Shown here piece by piece: positions 61,626 through 64,000 of a stretch of 64,000 nt of DNA (positions are counted from its first letter, which is position 1; each line of letters opens with the position of its first letter). This DNA is from Escherichia phage BYEP02: sequence record OR757454.1. The stretch is one strand, 5' to 3'. The notes beneath the pieces were generated by a model. It searched no databases, was not told where the DNA came from, and worked only from the letters and a program-made list of their open reading frames with translations. The position numbers were made by a program, and so were the translations under genes.

Positions 61626-61885
61626 GAAACCGGGTCGCTACCGGTAAGTCGTCGGACTGATGTTCCCTGAGTAAGGAATTGCGTTAATAATCTTTGCGTT
61701 TATTGATGCCCTCTTACATCACAGCAGAAACGGCGCACCGAATTATCGATTCGAGGAAATATCTTTGCCGTAAGCCGAGTAGCGTTTTTGACGGAACGTT
61801 CGGATATGGTCGAGATATGGCCTTTTAAAAATATTGAGTAGCGTCAACTGCTTAATAACCGGGTTCGAATCCCGGCGTTTCGTAC
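61626..61885 (+). ncRNA. candidate structured RNA with a tRNA-like T-arm at its 3' end
   Basis: About 260 nt with no ORF of 60 aa or more on either strand; 3' CCGGGTTCGAATCCCGG T-arm followed by CGTTTC complementary to the 5' GAAAC. Confidence 0.3.
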
Positions 61886-61934
61886 AAACACTTGCCTTAG
61901 CAGGTGGAACCCCGACAAGGTTGCCGCAAGGCTT

Positions 61935-61962
61935 AGCCCCGACCGAAAGGTTGGGGCTTTTT
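61935..61962 (+). terminator. terminator-like hairpin AGCCCCGACCGAAAGGTTGGGGCT + T5 (81-nt unit, copy 1)
   Basis: GNRA-loop hairpin plus U-tract. Confidence 0.55.
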
Positions 61963-62015
61963 GGTATAACACTTGCCTTAGCAGGTGGAACCCCGACAAG
62001 GTTGCCGCAAGGCTT

Positions 62016-62043
62016 AGCCCCAGCCGAAAGGTTGGGGCTTTTT
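62016..62043 (+). terminator. terminator-like hairpin, 81-nt unit copy 2
   Basis: Same hairpin with two substitutions, plus U-tract. Confidence 0.55.
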
Positions 62044-62045
62044 AG

Positions 62046-62053
62046 TATAAATA
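62046..62053 (+). promoter_or_regulatory. late promoter core TATAAATA (internal-protein-like gene)
   Basis: Exact motif 37 nt upstream of ATG 62090. Confidence 0.55.
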
Positions 62054-62089
62054 AGTATATTAAATCTACAAATTAAAACAGGAAATAAG

Positions 62090-62563
62090 ATGAAATCATA
62101 TGCTCAATTTTTAAATGAAGCGGTGTTAAATGAAGCATCTAGCACTGAAATTCAAGCTGTTGCAAAAGCTGCCATTGCCGCGGGTAAATATTCCTATAAA
62201 GATGCTTCCGATGAATCACGATTCCAATTTGCTCGTGATATGAAAGCCGAAGGATTTACAGGGAATGCAGTTAGTATGGCTTGGAAAAGTTTAGTTGCTA
62301 CTGGAGCTGCTTTTGCAAAGGCTTCAGGTAAACCTGCTCCTAAGGCTGACCCTAAAGCAGCACAAGAAAAAAATATTGCTAAAGGAATTATCTCTAGGTA
62401 TGAAGCAATTCTTAAAGAACTTTTGATAATTAAGACCGAAGGCCAGAAACTTGCGCGTGCTTATAGTTTCAAAGATAATCCACATGCTCATGACCTAGAG
62501 TATGTTGAAGACCTCCAAAAAATCATCAAAGACCGCATTTGGTCTGCTAAACAAATCAAATAA
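62090..62563 (+). CDS. internal-protein-like (IPII/IPIII-type) capsid-targeted protein (157 aa)
   Basis: N-terminus MKSYAQFLNEA resembles the T4 internal-protein capsid-targeting sequence with an L-x-E protease site; TATAAATA 37 nt upstream; terminator downstream. Confidence 0.5.
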   Translation: MKSYAQFLNEAVLNEASSTEIQAVAKAAIAAGKYSYKDASDESRFQFARDMKAEGFTGNAVSMAWKSLVATGAAFAKASGKPAPKADPKAAQEKNIAKGIISRYEAILKELLIIKTEGQKLARAYSFKDNPHAHDLEYVEDLQKIIKDRIWSAKQIK

Positions 62564-62570
62564 CATTCTT

Positions 62571-62599
62571 AGCCCCGACCAAAAGGTTGGGGCTTTTTG
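62571..62599 (+). terminator. intrinsic terminator AGCCCCGACCAAAAGGTTGGGGCT + T5 after the internal-protein-like gene
   Basis: Third copy of the same hairpin family 8 nt after the stop. Confidence 0.65.
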
Positions 62600-62731
62600 G
62601 TATCTAGGCCTTTCCGGGCCTCTCTAGGCATCATTTAGTTTATACCCTTTATAATATATTATCCTACCTTTTAATTGCCCCTCCTGACCCTAGAATTCCC
62701 TAAAACTTTTTAAAAATTTTTTCACAAAACT

Positions 62732-62761
62732 GTTTACATCCCTGTTCTTCCATGGTACTAT
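62732..62761 (+). promoter_or_regulatory. T4-early-type promoter upstream of ORF 62805
   Basis: TTCACAAAACTGTTTACA, 18 nt, TACTAT. Confidence 0.5.
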
Positions 62762-62804
62762 ACAACTATCAACTACTGATACAGAAAATAACTTGGAGAA
62801 TGAA

Positions 62805-63145
62805 ATGGATAATTACGGCGAACTGTTCAACTTCTTTATGAAATGCGTTTCAGAAGATTTCGGTCGTACAGTGAATGATATTAAAGTCATCGGTCCTGAC
62901 CATCCAACTTCTTTATGAAATGTGTTTCAGAAGATTTTGGTCGTACAGTGAATGATATTAAAGTTATCGGTCCTGATCATCCGATGTTTGAAACTTACGC
63001 AGTAATGGGTAATGAAGATGGTCAGTGGTATACTGTAAAGGTTGTGATTAACATGTTCACTGCTGAAGGTTATGTTAAACTGTCTTCTAAAGTTTACCAT
63101 GATAACGATGAAATCGCAGAAGAATATTTCAATAATATGAAATAA
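62805..63145 (+). CDS. hypothetical protein (about 88 aa), one 77-nt duplication inside
   Basis: MDNYGELFNFFMKCVSEDFGRTVNDIKVIGPDHP...; early promoter upstream. Confidence 0.5.
62828..62981. repeat. 77-nt tandem duplication
   Basis: Period 77 verified; 4 C/T differences, all at third codon positions; in ORF 62805. Confidence 0.9.
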
Positions 63146-63175
63146 GTTTACACAGGCTCATGATTGAGATATTAT
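63146..63175 (+). promoter_or_regulatory. T4-early-type promoter upstream of ORF 63202
   Basis: GTTTAC, 18 nt, TATTAT. Confidence 0.45.
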
Positions 63176-63201
63176 GAGCCTATAACTTTGAGGAGAACAT
63201 T

Positions 63202-63537
63202 ATGAAACGTAACTTTAGTAAAGCTTTTTGTAATAGAAATTATTATCCTGAAGAGCTTTTTGAATCTAAGGACTTTAAAGAGTTTAACGAACGTTCTCAA
63301 AACATGCCTGTACAATGGGTGTTAGATTATGCCAAACGTATCTTTGAAGGTGTACGTTGGTTCAGTCCTGATGATGAAGCCCCATATTTTCAAAGGGCAT
63401 GGTCTATAGTCAATCAAGCTTATATTGATGCTTTAGAAAATATTAATATTATGGATGATGATGATGCTTTGTTAATCATCGATGAGTCTATTAATAGTAG
63501 TATCGATAAATTTATTGATGAATTGGACGAAGAATAA
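63202..63537 (+). CDS. hypothetical acidic protein (111 aa)
   Basis: ORF with GAGGAGAA RBS; early promoter upstream. Confidence 0.5.
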   Translation: MKRNFSKAFCNRNYYPEELFESKDFKEFNERSQNMPVQWVLDYAKRIFEGVRWFSPDDEAPYFQRAWSIVNQAYIDALENINIMDDDDALLIIDESINSSIDKFIDELDEE

Positions 63538-63559
63538 GTTTACAAACTCTTGGGAGTAG
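63530..63559 (+). promoter_or_regulatory. T4-early-type promoter upstream of ORF 63613
   Basis: GTTTAC, 18 nt, TATAAT; the -10 sits inside inverted repeat GGGAGTA...TACTCCC. Confidence 0.5.
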
Positions 63560-63612
63560 AGTATAATACTCCCACGGATTATAAAAACCCTTAATTAACT
63601 AAAGGAAATGCT

Positions 63613-64000
63613 ATGAACATGCTGAAGAAAATTGTTGAGTTTATTCGCACTAAACTTGGTTCTGCTATGGCTAAAAATTTATCTGTTGAAGAACAGTATA
63701 CTGCTGCGGCAGCAAAACTACTTGATAAGATTAAAGATCTAAAAACTGCTTCTGTTAAATCTATTAATGAAGAAAAACGTATTCGTGAACTTATTGTCGA
63801 AAAGAATCGACAGGCCGAATCAAAAGAGCGTGAAATTCGCAAGCTTCTTTCTGAAGGTCAAGATGTAACAATGCATGCTAAACTCGGCTTGCTATATCGT
63901 CGAACAGCTGAACAGTTGACTACTAAAGCTGATGGTTATGCTGAAATGCGAATTGAAATCGCCAAGAAAGTAGTTGAATTGGATGATGCTCGCCAAGAAC
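63613..64000 (+). CDS. hypothetical coiled-coil protein, 5' part (runs off the right edge)
   Basis: [43 protein letters not shown]...; no stop before the window end; early promoter with TATAAT upstream. Confidence 0.45.
   Translation, partial: MNMLKKIVEFIRTKLGSAMAKNLSVEEQYTAAAAKLLDKIKDLKTASVKSINEEKRIRELIVEKNRQAESKEREIRKLLSEGQDVTMHAKLGLLYRRTAEQLTTKADGYAEMRIEIAKKVVELDDARQE

Larger units (their letters stand above)
61886..62047 (+). repeat. 81-nt tandem repeat (2 copies) of a structured hairpin/terminator module
   Basis: Period 81 checked at two anchors (CTTGCC 61891 vs 61972; TTGGGGCTT 61951 vs 62032); 3 mismatches. Confidence 0.8.

Noticed and set aside
61626-61885. tmRNA identity for the structured ORF-free region
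   Set aside because: No convincing tag-peptide reading frame ending in a stop, no encoded CCA, and only a 5-bp acceptor-like pairing; kept only as a generic candidate ncRNA.
61834-62076. 80-aa ORF with repeated LALAGGTPTRLPQGLAP peptide
   Set aside because: It is a translation across the 81-nt tandem hairpin repeat; no RBS, and the sequence is better explained as structured RNA and terminators.

Overview
This 64-kb window is a T4-like (T-even, Tevenvirinae-type) myovirus segment covering almost the whole virion morphogenesis region, in reverse orientation relative to the usual T4 map. On the + strand at the left are small early genes, DNA ligase (30) and the ADP-ribosyltransferase alt. The minus strand then carries baseplate/tail genes 54-48-29-28-27-51, with 26-25-uvsY divergent on the + strand, then uvsW, inh, hoc and rnlB. 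A long minus-strand late block follows: 24-23-22-21-68-67-20-19-18-17-16-15-14-13-wac-12-11-10-9-8-7-6-5.4-5.1-5-53. On the + strand at the right are 4-2-3-1-57A-57B-ipI, small early genes, an HNH endonuclease, a 10-tRNA cluster, an ORF-free structured region and more small genes. Gene identities come from reading the translated ORFs against remembered T4 proteins plus gene order and lengths; no database search was run. Many late genes are preceded by the T4 late-promoter core TATAAATA, and five T4-early-type promoters (GTTTAC, 18 nt, TAnTAT) sit in the right-hand early region. The dominant feature not explained by annotation is at least 54 tandem duplications, each exactly 77 nt, that frameshift most large genes. 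Differences between the two copies are mostly synonymous or stem-compensatory, so they look like two related genomes joined with 77-nt overlaps (a mis-assembly or chimera) rather than biology. I found no foreign or clearly novel system; the most interesting biological items are an ORF-free region with a tRNA-like T-arm, an 81-nt tandem terminator module, a Hoc with an extra Ig-like domain, a decayed alt paralogue, and NADAR-like and HAD-like genes next to ligase and alt. Coordinates of genes containing duplications are approximate (within a few nt).
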